Shown here: in pieces, positions 27,901 to 38,400 of the stretch | Layout: each line of letters begins with the position of its first letter | Position numbering within the stretch: the first letter of the stretch is position 1 | Source: Tubiluchus corallicola | Taxonomy: Eukaryota; Animalia; Priapulida | Assembly (NCBI GenBank): GCA_030141605.1 | Contig: JAQGDQ010000467.1 | Span: 1 to 64,000, forward strand | Direction of reading: 5' to 3' | DNA length: 64,000 nucleotides | Position numbers and translations under genes: made by a program | Notes under the pieces: model-generated | Databases searched by the model: none | The model's input: only the letters and a program-made list of their open reading frames with translations | Told to the model about the DNA's origin: nothing

Positions 27901-30900
27901 AAACTGCTGCACTGAACATTGAACTAGAAAGCAAAAAACAGTCAGTAAAACCTGTTTCACAGCCAGTATACAGGTACAGAACTTGACCTATGCAGAGTTG
28001 TACAGGCTTCACAACAACCATTAATTTTAGATAGAGAGAGGACCAGTGTGTATGTATTCACTGGATGATACAATTTGACTGATGGTAAGTCAGCTGGTAG
28101 AATGTAACAGAATTAGCACATAGATGGCAGCACCTAATTACAATGTACAATTCCAACTTCCACAAAATCATTTTGTTTTTTCTGCACTAGATGACACAAA
28201 GTAAGTTCAAAAACTGAAGTAAATCAGAAATTACGATGCTATGAAAGTTCAAGGCAAAATTGTAATGTTTAAATTTATAGCTATTCAGTTATTTTCACTA
28301 ATTTTATTGATTGTCAAACATGAAGAAGAAAAAGTGATAAGAGATACCAGGCTTACTCTTTTCCGCCGATTCCCTCTCCTGGTTTCCAGCCCATTCCACG
28401 GAGCATCGCCTTGCCAAAAGCTTCTATAGGTATTTGCTGATAATCTGCTTCCGATGCCTTAGCAAGAACAAATATAAACAAGTTAAAATTTTGAAGCAGA
28501 GGAAAAAATTATACAGCTACAATGCTAAGCTTGTATGCAAAATCTGTGCTGAAAACTGAAAAATTGGCTCAAAATGTCAAATATGGTGATAGTGTATCTG
28601 GTACTGTAATACACATCTAGTATCTATCTATCATGCTAAATTGGTATTAAAAGACAGGCCAAAACTTCTAGGAGGTTGGTGTTTATTTCAACATTTGTGA
28701 AAAATGTCAAAAGGATTTAGTAATAAAGCTGCCATAAATGCCTCATGTAACTTGTAAAATCACTTTAACTTCATGCTGCTTGTTGTTGTTGCTGTTGTTA
28801 TTGTTGTGTGTTGTTGTTGCTGCTGCTGCTGTTGTTGTTGTTGTTGTTGTTGCTGCTGTTGTTACTAACGGTTGCCGTTAATTAACTTTCTAAGTGGATA
28901 GTGGGCGATCCCACTTTTAATGTCCATTCTTCTTCTAATTATGTCATTCATTATTGAAGAAATGCAGTGCACTATTGATCTTCATAAACAGTATAACAAG
29001 TTTCTACAAAGAAATGAGATAATTCATTTTGAAAGCCACAAAGTATCCCAGTTACGTCATGATTTTCAAGTGAATGGCGACAACCACAAAGCCTGAAAAT
29101 TTCTATTCTGACGTAGTATATTTTAACTTTATGCTTTATAGGCAGTTTCTTTGTTCTATTTTTATAAGTTTAAGTGATAACAGTAAAATAAACTCAACAT
29201 ACTGAGTGACTTATTCTTTCTTTTAATTAGTGACACTGTGGTACACATATATTATCAATCATGCTGGAATGGTGTTAACTAGTTAAACTGTGGTACATAT
29301 CCATTATTTATCACGCTAAACTGGTCTATCATTACATTGTACCTGCTCAGGTCGAAGAGCAACATTTAATCTTTCCTCTGTCTCATATCCGGCAGGTACA
29401 GCATTCCTTAGCAACAATGGTATAGCTACGTTGTCACCGTATAGTTGTCTTTCACGTGTTTCGTTTTCTGTTAAACTTTCTGATACAAAAGATAAATTCA
29501 AAACTTATTACTTCTTGTTAATCTTACGGAATGAGTGATCGTCTTGAAATGTGTGCAAGCTAGAATTAATAAATGGCTTCCTTCAAATAAAATGAACCGA
29601 GATTAAACTCAGAGGTAAACACGCGGGATGCCCACACTGTATCTCGACACTAGGCAGAGGAGCTGCGCAAGCAGCCAATGGCTAGAGGGCGGAGGTCAAG
29701 TGACCCAATGACCCAATAGAGGAGTAAACCTTCCAAATCAGGAGTGGAGCCCCGAAGGCGGACCAGTGCAGCATGCTCACTGACTCCTGCAGCCAACCTG
29801 GTGCCAAACGTATCGCTCCGCTTTCCTTTGGACTACACCAGGGAGGAAGAGAGGGGGTTCCTGTTGTCTGGGCAACTCAGGATCCCCATACACTTTGCCT
29901 AGGCGTGCGCCCTGGAGAGGCCACTCCAGTGGTGCAAAGGATCGGACTGCTCAGCCACAGTTGACGCTGCAGCTCCATCAATGTGATCAATAACTGACTC
30001 TCTTGGCGCACACTCCATTGTCTTCCGACACAGAAGGATGCCAACAGATTAAACTCAGATTAGTACAAAGATGAAATGAATTCTAAAATTACAATAAATC
30101 TAGATTTTATATATCATAATAGGCCTAGTTTTTGGAGAATTCTTGAATGAAACCACAAAACCCAGACAATTCTGGAAGACTCTAGATAACAAATGGCATC
30201 CCATTTAATCATTTAATAACAAACTATCATCTTCCCCAAAAATCCACTGCAAAGTGTGGATTCAAATTGATAAATGGGCTACTCTACAAATGCAAAAAAA
30301 ATTCTGACATGCTGACATAGGACCAAACTTGAACACTACACTGCAAACACTTTTCTTTCAAATTTAAAGCACATATGTGTTGTGTTTTGTTTCTCTCGGA
30401 AGGCTCGTAGAGAAAACCAGAAAACACGCCGTTAAATGTTATTACTTTATTGAGCGAGAATTCTTACAACACAAGTATGAAGGAATGAGAAATGATTATA
30501 CTAAACGTGAAATCGTTTATGTAATTATAAAAGAGTAAGTATAAGTCCGTGTTAGATCTGTGTGCGATGTGCGATCCGTGATCTGTCCTCCCCTGTCGGC
30601 AGCCTGCTTCGCCTTATATAGCGCGCTGGAGAAACTTCTCGAAAAAATGTTCGAGAACAATCCAGACAGTAAGGCGATCATTCCGACGGAACATTCTACG
30701 ATGTTCCATGCAATTCTACTTGACGTCAGCGATCTCCATAACAATATGTCAACAGCAATATTACATCTAACCATATTATTATCTCTATAGTAATAAGCAT
30801 ATTTTACACCTTAGCAGTACAACTATCATAATATTGTTCAGCAGTAATATCACAACAAAATGTGCAGTATCTGTACCAAAAACATGTAAAAATGGGCCAA

Positions 30901-32809
30901 ACCTTCGACAACTTCCTTCAGTGCTTGCTCAGACAAATCATCAAGAGGTGCTTTGTGGTTCCATTTATTTGTTTTTAATAAAGGAATGACAAGTTCTCCA
31001 TCACCTCGTCTAGAAAAAACAAGTTGAAAGATTTGCATTGTTTCTAGTATGTTTGCCTTCTGCTCTTATCTTCAAAAAGTAACAAAATATACATTTGTCC
31101 CAGCAGGTTCACTTTAGTTTCATAATAAATATCCACAATATCATCCACTGTTCAGTGATACAAAGCATCAAATGAGCAGACTTAGGCCCTGCTTCTTGGA
31201 TCCATAATTAGCAGCACGTACGTATGTATCATGCAAACATGTTAGAATTCAGTCACCTTGCTTAAAAAATTTGGAATTTTGCAAAAGAAAGATAGCATCA
31301 GTAGAGGATGAAAAAGTGCGGAGATACTGAAGACCAAGTTCAAGTCTAAGTCTATCATTGAAGAGTCAAGTCCAAGACCGCTGAACTAAAGCCAGAAAGT
31401 GTAGATCTAACTAAAAGCATTATTATTACAGTATATTAATATAGTATATAGGTACGTATGGGATAGGTGATAAATTATTATTATAGAATAATAGGTGTAA
31501 ATTTCTGTAGAACAGACGTGGCACGGAAATTCATTGCAAATGTTGGTCCAAGGCTTTGGAATGACATAAATGATGAATTAAAAACTGTTCAGCCAATTCA
31601 AAAATTTAAAATAAATACAGAGCAATGATTCTCAACAAGAACAACACTTTCTAATATCCCACACCCACTGCAGCAGTCATACCATAATCCTGGTACATAT
31701 TATGTAAAACAAGGCATCATTGATAAATCTTTAGAGCTGATGTCAACATAGCGCAATCTATTATCTTTCTTCCTACCATTTCCACTAACACATCCTTCTA
31801 CCCTTCCTGTGTGATCTAACCTTTCTCCCAGTTCTTTTTTTTGTTCACTCATCCATTCTTTTTCTATCGGGTTCACATGACAGTGGGCTTACACAAGCCT
31901 TTGCTTCTCTAGCCCACTTCAGTACAATTATTCTTTTATGATCGCGATAGCCTATGACACAACAATTTAATACGGTAGATGTAATAATTTTGATGTCACT
32001 GTGTGCTTAATGCCATTATATTGTACTGAATGTGATAATAATAATAATAATAAAAAACGATATGTTATCATGACAAATAGAGACATTCAAGTATTTCAAA
32101 ATGTTTATTCTACCAAATGCTCAGGCTTACGATAAGTGTTTTTTATACAAAAGACATTTTTGGCTGGATCTATGGCTTCATATATCTCGAGTTTGAGCCC
32201 AAGTTCTCTTTACCCTCTGACCGCAAGCTTGTTTGTGTCAGAGTTATACATCGGTAAAATAGGCCACCTTTTTACTTGCTGTTTAGTTTAACAACAAAAC
32301 GTTTATTAAATACAAAATGTAAAATCTAATTTTGAGTGTCATATTTCTTATGTCTAACTTTTCCACACATTTTTTGCATTTTCATGCTTAAAACAAAAAC
32401 TTGAAAACTAAAGCCATATGCTTGCATTTGTTTTCAAAAAAAATTGTTGCTAATGCCTGTCACTTTCAGCATGTCATTATTGTCAGTCATAATCAACATT
32501 GTTATTCAGTCATATCATGATTGAGTAAGAGACTAGTCTGATTATTACTACCTAATGAGTTGTCAATTTTGTAATCCAATTATTACTATCGACAATAAAT
32601 GCTGAAAAAAATTGACTGTAGGCCTACCTAAATTTCTCAGGTCCTTGTTTTACTCTGACATCTTTAATATCAGTGGATTCATGTTTTTCGTTGGCAAGCA
32701 AAGAGGTGCTGAGATTCTTGGAGACAATCCTTTTACTAAATTTAAAGGAGACTTGGTTGCTGAAACTCGACTCATTTGCAGTTAAATTTTCGTTCTCTGA
32801 AGCTTCCAT
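13000..32809 (-). CDS. GPKOW: G-patch domain and KOW motifs-containing protein (Spp2/MOS2 family), 11 exons, about 465 aa
   Basis: Exons 32628-32809, 30903-31009, 29343-29479, 28357-28457, 26917-27085, 24536-24668, 21276-21444, 20617-20719, 17595-17664, 13957-14042 and 13000-13140; all GT-AG with matching phases, 1398 nt in total. G-patch [26 protein letters not shown]...[26 protein letters not shown], then [22 protein letters not shown] and YSYDSVCEY. Confidence 0.93.
14128..14473 (-). mobile_element. Solo LTR family 2 (TGTTGTG...CACAACA)
   Basis: 5-bp TSD AAAGG; TATA-like TATATAAG on the minus strand. Confidence 0.85.
14932..16247. mobile_element. Non-autonomous hAT-type element, 1.3 kb
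   Basis: 23-bp TIR CAGGGCACTTTATTTATGACTTT, perfect 8-bp TSD GGTATAGG, subterminal GTCATAAATA repeats. Confidence 0.88.
15436..15531. mobile_element. 96-bp hAT-type mini-element
   Basis: Termini TAGGGGTGAGCAT / ATGCTTACCCCTA, TSD AGCGGCGT; a deletion derivative of 44553-44922. Confidence 0.82.
16978..17286. mobile_element. pogo/Tigger-like (Tc1-mariner superfamily) MITE
   Basis: TA|CAGTCGACCCTCGTTAAA...TTTAACGATGGTTGACTG|TA. Confidence 0.85.
17771..18115. mobile_element. pogo/Tigger-like MITE copy
   Basis: 24-bp TIR CAGTCRACCCTCGTTAAACCGGAC, TA TSD. Confidence 0.87.
20074..20557 (-). mobile_element. hAT MITE family A copy
   Basis: Perfect TSD CATTAACA. Confidence 0.88.
21517..21895. mobile_element. 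pogo/Tigger-like MITE copy
   Basis: Same TIR and TA TSD. Confidence 0.87.
23050..23295. repeat. 15/20-bp minisatellite (AAAAATGGCACAAGT variants)
   Basis: Directly visible tandem units; probably the internal array of an unclassified DNA element extending to about 23555. Confidence 0.8.
24085..24472. repeat. Pentanucleotide microsatellite (CATAA)n with TATAA/TACAA/CACAA variants
   Basis: Directly visible. Confidence 0.97.
24939..25497. mobile_element. TIR element with an internal 59-bp tandem array
   Basis: TIR GTAATATAGGTTTTACACGTCAAATGT; about five 58-59-bp units built from about 20-bp subunits; partial relatives at 25741-26020 and 26285-26416. Confidence 0.75.
27201..27606. mobile_element. 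Solo LTR family 1 copy (opposite orientation)
   Basis: TGTG...TCACA, reverse-complement homology to 27771-28164; TSD not clean. Confidence 0.75.
27771..28164. mobile_element. Solo LTR family 1 copy
   Basis: Highly similar to 2043-2461; TSD AAATC. Confidence 0.8.
29614..30045 (+). mobile_element. RTE-derived non-autonomous (bipartite) retroposon
   Basis: 14-bp TSD AGATTAAACTCAGA; GC-rich; the 3' part encodes [10 protein letters not shown] (RTE C-terminal IGLxSHxRxC motif) followed by the RTE-type tail CCATTGTCTTCCGACACAGAAGGATGCCAAC. Confidence 0.8.
30378..30743 (-). mobile_element. Solo LTR family 2 copy
   Basis: TSD ATATG; homologous to 14128-14473. Confidence 0.85.
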
Positions 32810-34269
32810 TATGCTGCACAATAAAGTAACGGGTAAAAATCCGACAATACTATAAAAGAACAACGTTTCTCGCGCGTTGAAAATGCGATCAAAAATACTT
32901 TCATTCACGTCTATGAGATGTACGACTTGCTTAACACATCACTGTGTTACTAATGATTTTCAACGCTCCCCACGGTCATCGCCAAGGTAAACCATAAACA
33001 CATTTACAAGAAGAAAAAATTAATGTCTAAGAAAAGAAAATTTTAGTAACCTCGCGTCCAGTCTAGGTGCGTGTTCGGTGACTCCAATCTAAAGAGGCGT
33101 TTAACAGATGAATGTGTATGTGTTATGGGAACGCCAAATAAATAAATTCGGTTTACATTGTTTTCAGGGTACCAGTATATCAGATCTGTGTTATGCGTTA
33201 TTTTTTGCACTACATTTTGCTACTGATTTTCTATATGCAGCTTCTGAATTCTCTCATGAACAATGCCTTCCGAAAATTTGCCCCTTTTCTGCTGCATCCG
33301 TGTAGACATACGCATACACAGATTTTTCGTTCTCCACGTTTTACATATGTGAAAGCTGTTTCCAAATCACCGTGCTCATTATGTAGTATTTGTATTATGG
33401 TTTAGCAAAAATGCACGAAATTTAGGTCTGCGACATTCTCGGAGAAAGAAGACTTATTTATTTTTTTCAAAATAGGCAAGCAAATACGGCAAGTGACACA
33501 ATCATTATTGATCCTATCAACAATAATATAAAGTAACTTGTACTTTTACTATCAGTGTCAAAGCAAAGTTTGCTACGAAAGCTCTTGTTATACAAATTTT
33601 TTATTCGTTTTTTCACATTTCCTAGAATGTTATCTGAATGTGGTTCAATTTTTTCTTCCAGAACTGACTGTACTTAACTGTCAGCACTTGACTGCGTAAT
33701 AATATATTTGTGATACCTCTGGTGCTGATGGTGCATTTATAAGGATGCAAGGTTTCCTTTAGGTTTGTAATACTAATAAAGCTTTCACAGTTCCAGCAAT
33801 TGATGATTACAATGAAAAGGTCAAAGTTTAAGTGTACCAGACAACGCATTTGTGCACATTTGACAATACCTCGCAGCCTATGCTATTCAAATAGTAACAG
33901 TTTTAACATGTTATAACAGCTAGCTAGAACCTTACCTAGTTCATTTTTTTCTTGTTCCCAAACTAGATCCTGCTGGTTAATTGTTCTACGCACAGACTAG
34001 TGAATTTTTAAGTAAACTTCACGTAAAACAACGGATGTTACTCAATAGACGCAGTAGCTGTGTGGGTTTTGCATTTATAGTACTGCTCGTGCATAGTAAT
34101 TTCAGTGCATTTTCTTGCTGAGAAAAACTCAGGACAGTGTCTTCTTCCGTAGCTTACCATAACTTAAATCTATCTTATGTAATCTCTTAAAATTTGTTTA
34201 AAATAATATTTCCAAGTAATCTAAATAAGTGTTAGTGTCTTTGGAAATAAAACTGCAGCTGGCTTTGCT

Positions 34270-34740
34270 TTACTCGCATGTCACGTGACAGTTGTAGTTA
34301 CTACGCACTGCTGTGGTACTCTTAACCTTTAATAGACCTAAAATTAAACAAAAACTACTCGTGCCCACAACGAAAGTGTGAACGTGCCCATGATATGATT
34401 GTTGTTGATGCGAACGTCATTATAATATTGGTGATCAATTTGTTGGTGCAAGGTGTTGCTGCTACTGTATTAATTGCATAATATCATTGTCATAATAGCT
34501 GTTGTTGCTAGTCGTAAAAATTGTCATCGTTGTGGTTATTGTCGTTTTACCCGCCGCTGCCCTAGCCCCTGTAGTCGCTGCTTTTGTTGTCATCAATCTC
34601 TTATAATGATAGGCACAGTCGTGCAGGACGTGCCGTAGTTTCGCGGTGTTTGTCGTTGGTGCGCTAATCTTAAGCGAAATCTCTCTAAATAGCTTAATTA
34701 GCAAAATGGCCGTCGTGTGTTGTTTGTTTTATAAAGTCGG
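34270..34740 (+). promoter_or_regulatory. Putative ADGRA promoter / 5' exon region, divergent from GPKOW
   Basis: CpG-enriched stretch with palindromic E-box GTCACGTGAC at 34280-34289 and YY1-like CAAAATGGCCG at about 34702. Confidence 0.35.
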
Positions 34741-35487
34741 GAGTATTAAATATTCAATTATGCTGTAGTTCTGTGATTTATTGGTCATCGCATCGTTTTG
34801 ACTTGTGCAGTTTATCATGCACTAAGTGCGTATGCAAAAGCAGTTATATCATTTTCCATTTTTTGCAGCTTCCGCAGCCTGTTTTCACTACTCTCGCTGG
34901 GACCACCCTGTTAGCGATACTATTTAGTGCGTCTATTTAGTGTTAGTGTTAAGTTAAGCGTTTAAGGTGGAATTCTATTGCAGTATTTTAAACTCAAAAA
35001 TAGGGTTCGTTTAAGGAAGAAAGACTTAGTAAGTTTGGGTAATGCAAAACACTGGTATGTGAAATTTCATTGAATGTGGCATGCGGGATGCCTCACACTT
35101 AAGTGGAACAAAACGGGGAACTGAAGAAAGTTGATGTTATACTGGGAGCAATAAAAGCAATGACAAATTTCTTATAGGATAATGCAATTAAAAACGATTT
35201 TAATGGGTAAAATTTGTCTTACTTGAAACATTTACTTTGTATTATAATGAATACGATGATAGCAATCACACTGGTTTTATTAAAGGCAGAAAAAAGTAAG
35301 ATATTACCATTATATCAATTATTTTTGAGCGAGTAAGCTACTGTTCTCTGACTTCGTTTGATCTGTACAACTTTAACTGACAAAAAGTTTTATTATCAGC
35401 TTTGAGTTTCTTGCTTCACTTCTTTCAGGGAAACAACATGACAAGCCACATTTTGTGGTAAGGAGAAATGCAGGTTAAACTGACGAC

Positions 35488-38400
35488 ATGATGTTCTTGA
35501 AGGAATCGTGGTTATTCTGTTGCATGTGGGGTGTGTTAATTGCTCTTGGGGATGGCTGCCCCACCATAACTAGCTGCACTTGCACCACTTTGAAGGATCG
35601 GAACAAAGATCACAGCGTGATTGGTAAGAAGGTGGTTTGCGCCGGCACACAAATGGCAAGAATAACAGAAATCGCAGCAATAAAACCTGATCTGCTTCCC
35701 ATCGACACGCTGCACCTAGATTTAAGTGGAAATAACATCGAGATGATCAAAAGTGGAGCGTTCTCTAGTCTGAAGCAACTTGTGAAGCTGGACTTGAGTA
35801 AAAACGACATTGCAGTGATCGAACCGGGTGCATTTATTGGCCTAGAAGGTTTAGAAAAACTTGACTTGTCAAAAAATCGCTTAGTGAACATCGATGTGAA
35901 TATGTTCGATGGACTCGATGCTCTAGACAGATTATCTTTGTCTGGAAATATGTTTAGTACGATTCCTGAAGACAGCTTTACGCATCTCAGTTCTCTCACT
36001 AAAGTTGATTTTCAGACAGACTACCTGAACTGTGACTGCCATTTGGCTTGGATATTTAAATGGCAGAAAATAACTGGTGCCCGTGTTGACAAAACTACAA
36101 AATGCAGTTTCCCTAAATCTCTGCACGGCAGAAGGTTGAAGCTGCTAAAGCGGAAGAATCTGCACTGCAACTGGCCAGTAGAAATTCCATTGTTTGAACT
36201 CACCCCTTCTCTCAGTCAGGTTGTGTTTGAGGGTGACAGTCTTCCGCTACGATGTCGTGTGTCGAGGCTGGTAGGAGAGGAAACGGAAGTAGTGTGGGTT
36301 CGCAACGACAAGGTTGTAGAGCACGACGAAGCCGATGGTCTTCTTGTTAACTCTTATACCACTAATAATAAAGCCATCATCGTCCATGATCTAGAAATCA
36401 AAGAGTTGCAGGTGAATCACACGGGGATATGGACGTGTCAGGTGCGAACTTCACGGGGAAATGACTCTCGTTCAATCAGTATTATAGTAATTTCTGGAAA
36501 CATGCGTTACTGCGAGTCAGCGACTACTCATACCAATCGTGGAGTATACAGATGGCCTAAAACGATTGTCGGCGTCAGTCAAGAATTACCTTGCAGCCGC
36601 TTTCCGGAAGACTTGAATGGTCGCAGCAAAGTGTTTGCACGGTATCTATGTTCCGAAGAAGGAACGTGGACAAATTTAGAACTTGACGACTGTGCATACA
36701 TAAGTGAAGTTACCCGAATATTAGAAACGTTTTCTAAGATGAACTTCAGCAGCACAAATCCTGTTTCGACTGTAAAATCATTCCGTGATTACATCAACAA
36801 CGTAACCGGAAAGCGAGGACACCACCCTGGCAAGCACATCGCGGATAAAATGGACGTAGTTTATGCAGCACGTACCGTAGAAAATCTGAGTCAGTTTTTA
36901 TCTAGAGATAAAGAGATTGGTAGCATGCTCGTTGATGTCGTGAGTCGATTGATGTCGCTACCAGAGGTGTTCTTGACTGAGGCTCATCTGCTTGACAAAT
37001 CTTGCACACGACTGCTCGCAGCCATCAATAAAGTTCCACACTTTTTCCAATCTCTTTCCCACAACAAGTACATCTACACTGAAAACATCGCTTTGGAGAC
37101 GTACGTCATTAAATTAGATTCAACATCGGGGATCTTGTGCACTTCTTCCCTGCATTCTGAGTCAACGGAAAATTACACAAAGTCTAATTTCCACTGTGTG
37201 CCTGACAGCGCTGTTATTGACGTAGCAACTGATAGACCCGTGACAGCATCAATCCACCTTTCTGCTGCACTGATTCAAGGACTTTCAGCCGGCAAGACAG
37301 AAGGATTTACGCCCAAATCGGTTCTGATTCAGTTTGTAATTTACAGAAATTCGAAGTTGTTTCCGATAATGAACGAAACGGAACTGCCAGAAGATAGCAT
37401 CGTAACAACTAGCGTCATCTCTTGGCGAATCGTCGAAGTGAACATTGTCGATCTAACTGCCACTCCAATAGCTGTCGAGTTACGCTTGCCTGTTGAAACT
37501 GCCGACGTAATTGCTGTTAATTGGAATGCGTCTGGTAATGGCGGTTTTGGCGAGTGGCAGACAGATGGATGTGCAGTTGTTGGCCATGACGGCAATTTAA
37601 CCAGTATAAAATGTACCCAAGTAGGTGCATTTGCAGCTGTACAGATAAGATCCATTGTTGAAAAGCAGCTAGCATTGCTTGCACAACACATTCAACAGCT
37701 TAAGCCTATTATCTACATCTTTACAGGTATCATGGTGATATGTTTACTAATTTCACTCATCAGCTACATAGTGTGTGGCAAATATATGGAGATGCCTCGA
37801 AAGACAAAACACTCATTAATAAACACTTGGGCTGCTCTGATATTGCTCTCTACAATTTTTGCCTTTGGCATCAATCAGACCTCAGAACTTCTGTCTTGTA
37901 AAATTGTTGGCATGGTTTTACACTACCTGTCCTTATGTACCGTGTTTTGGATGACAATCACGGCAAACAACTTATACAAAACATACACAAAGGCGTTGCA
38001 GCCCGTTCCTGCTCCGATAGAACCTGAGTCCGAACAGCCAGTCCCGCCAAAACCAATGTTGCGTTTTTACCTGGTTGGTTGGGGTATAGCACTTATAGCT
38101 GTTGGTATAACAGGTGCCGTGAGTCTTGATCATTATCCCGGAAAACAGTATTGTTTCTTGGCTTGGGGAGAACCGAGTCTTGGTGCTTTCTATGGACCTG
38201 TGGCCTTTTTGTTGATTCTGAATTTCATTTTCTATACGCGTCTTTTATGCATATTGTCTGCACCACCACCGCCACCACCGTGTCATCAAACTCACGCCAG
38301 AAGCGAAGAAGTTACAAATCTGGTAATCGGCGTGGCCGGCTGGTCTAACGCCACAGAGTTCGAAAGGCAACACCGACCGCTTAGCCACTTGCGTGCCAAT

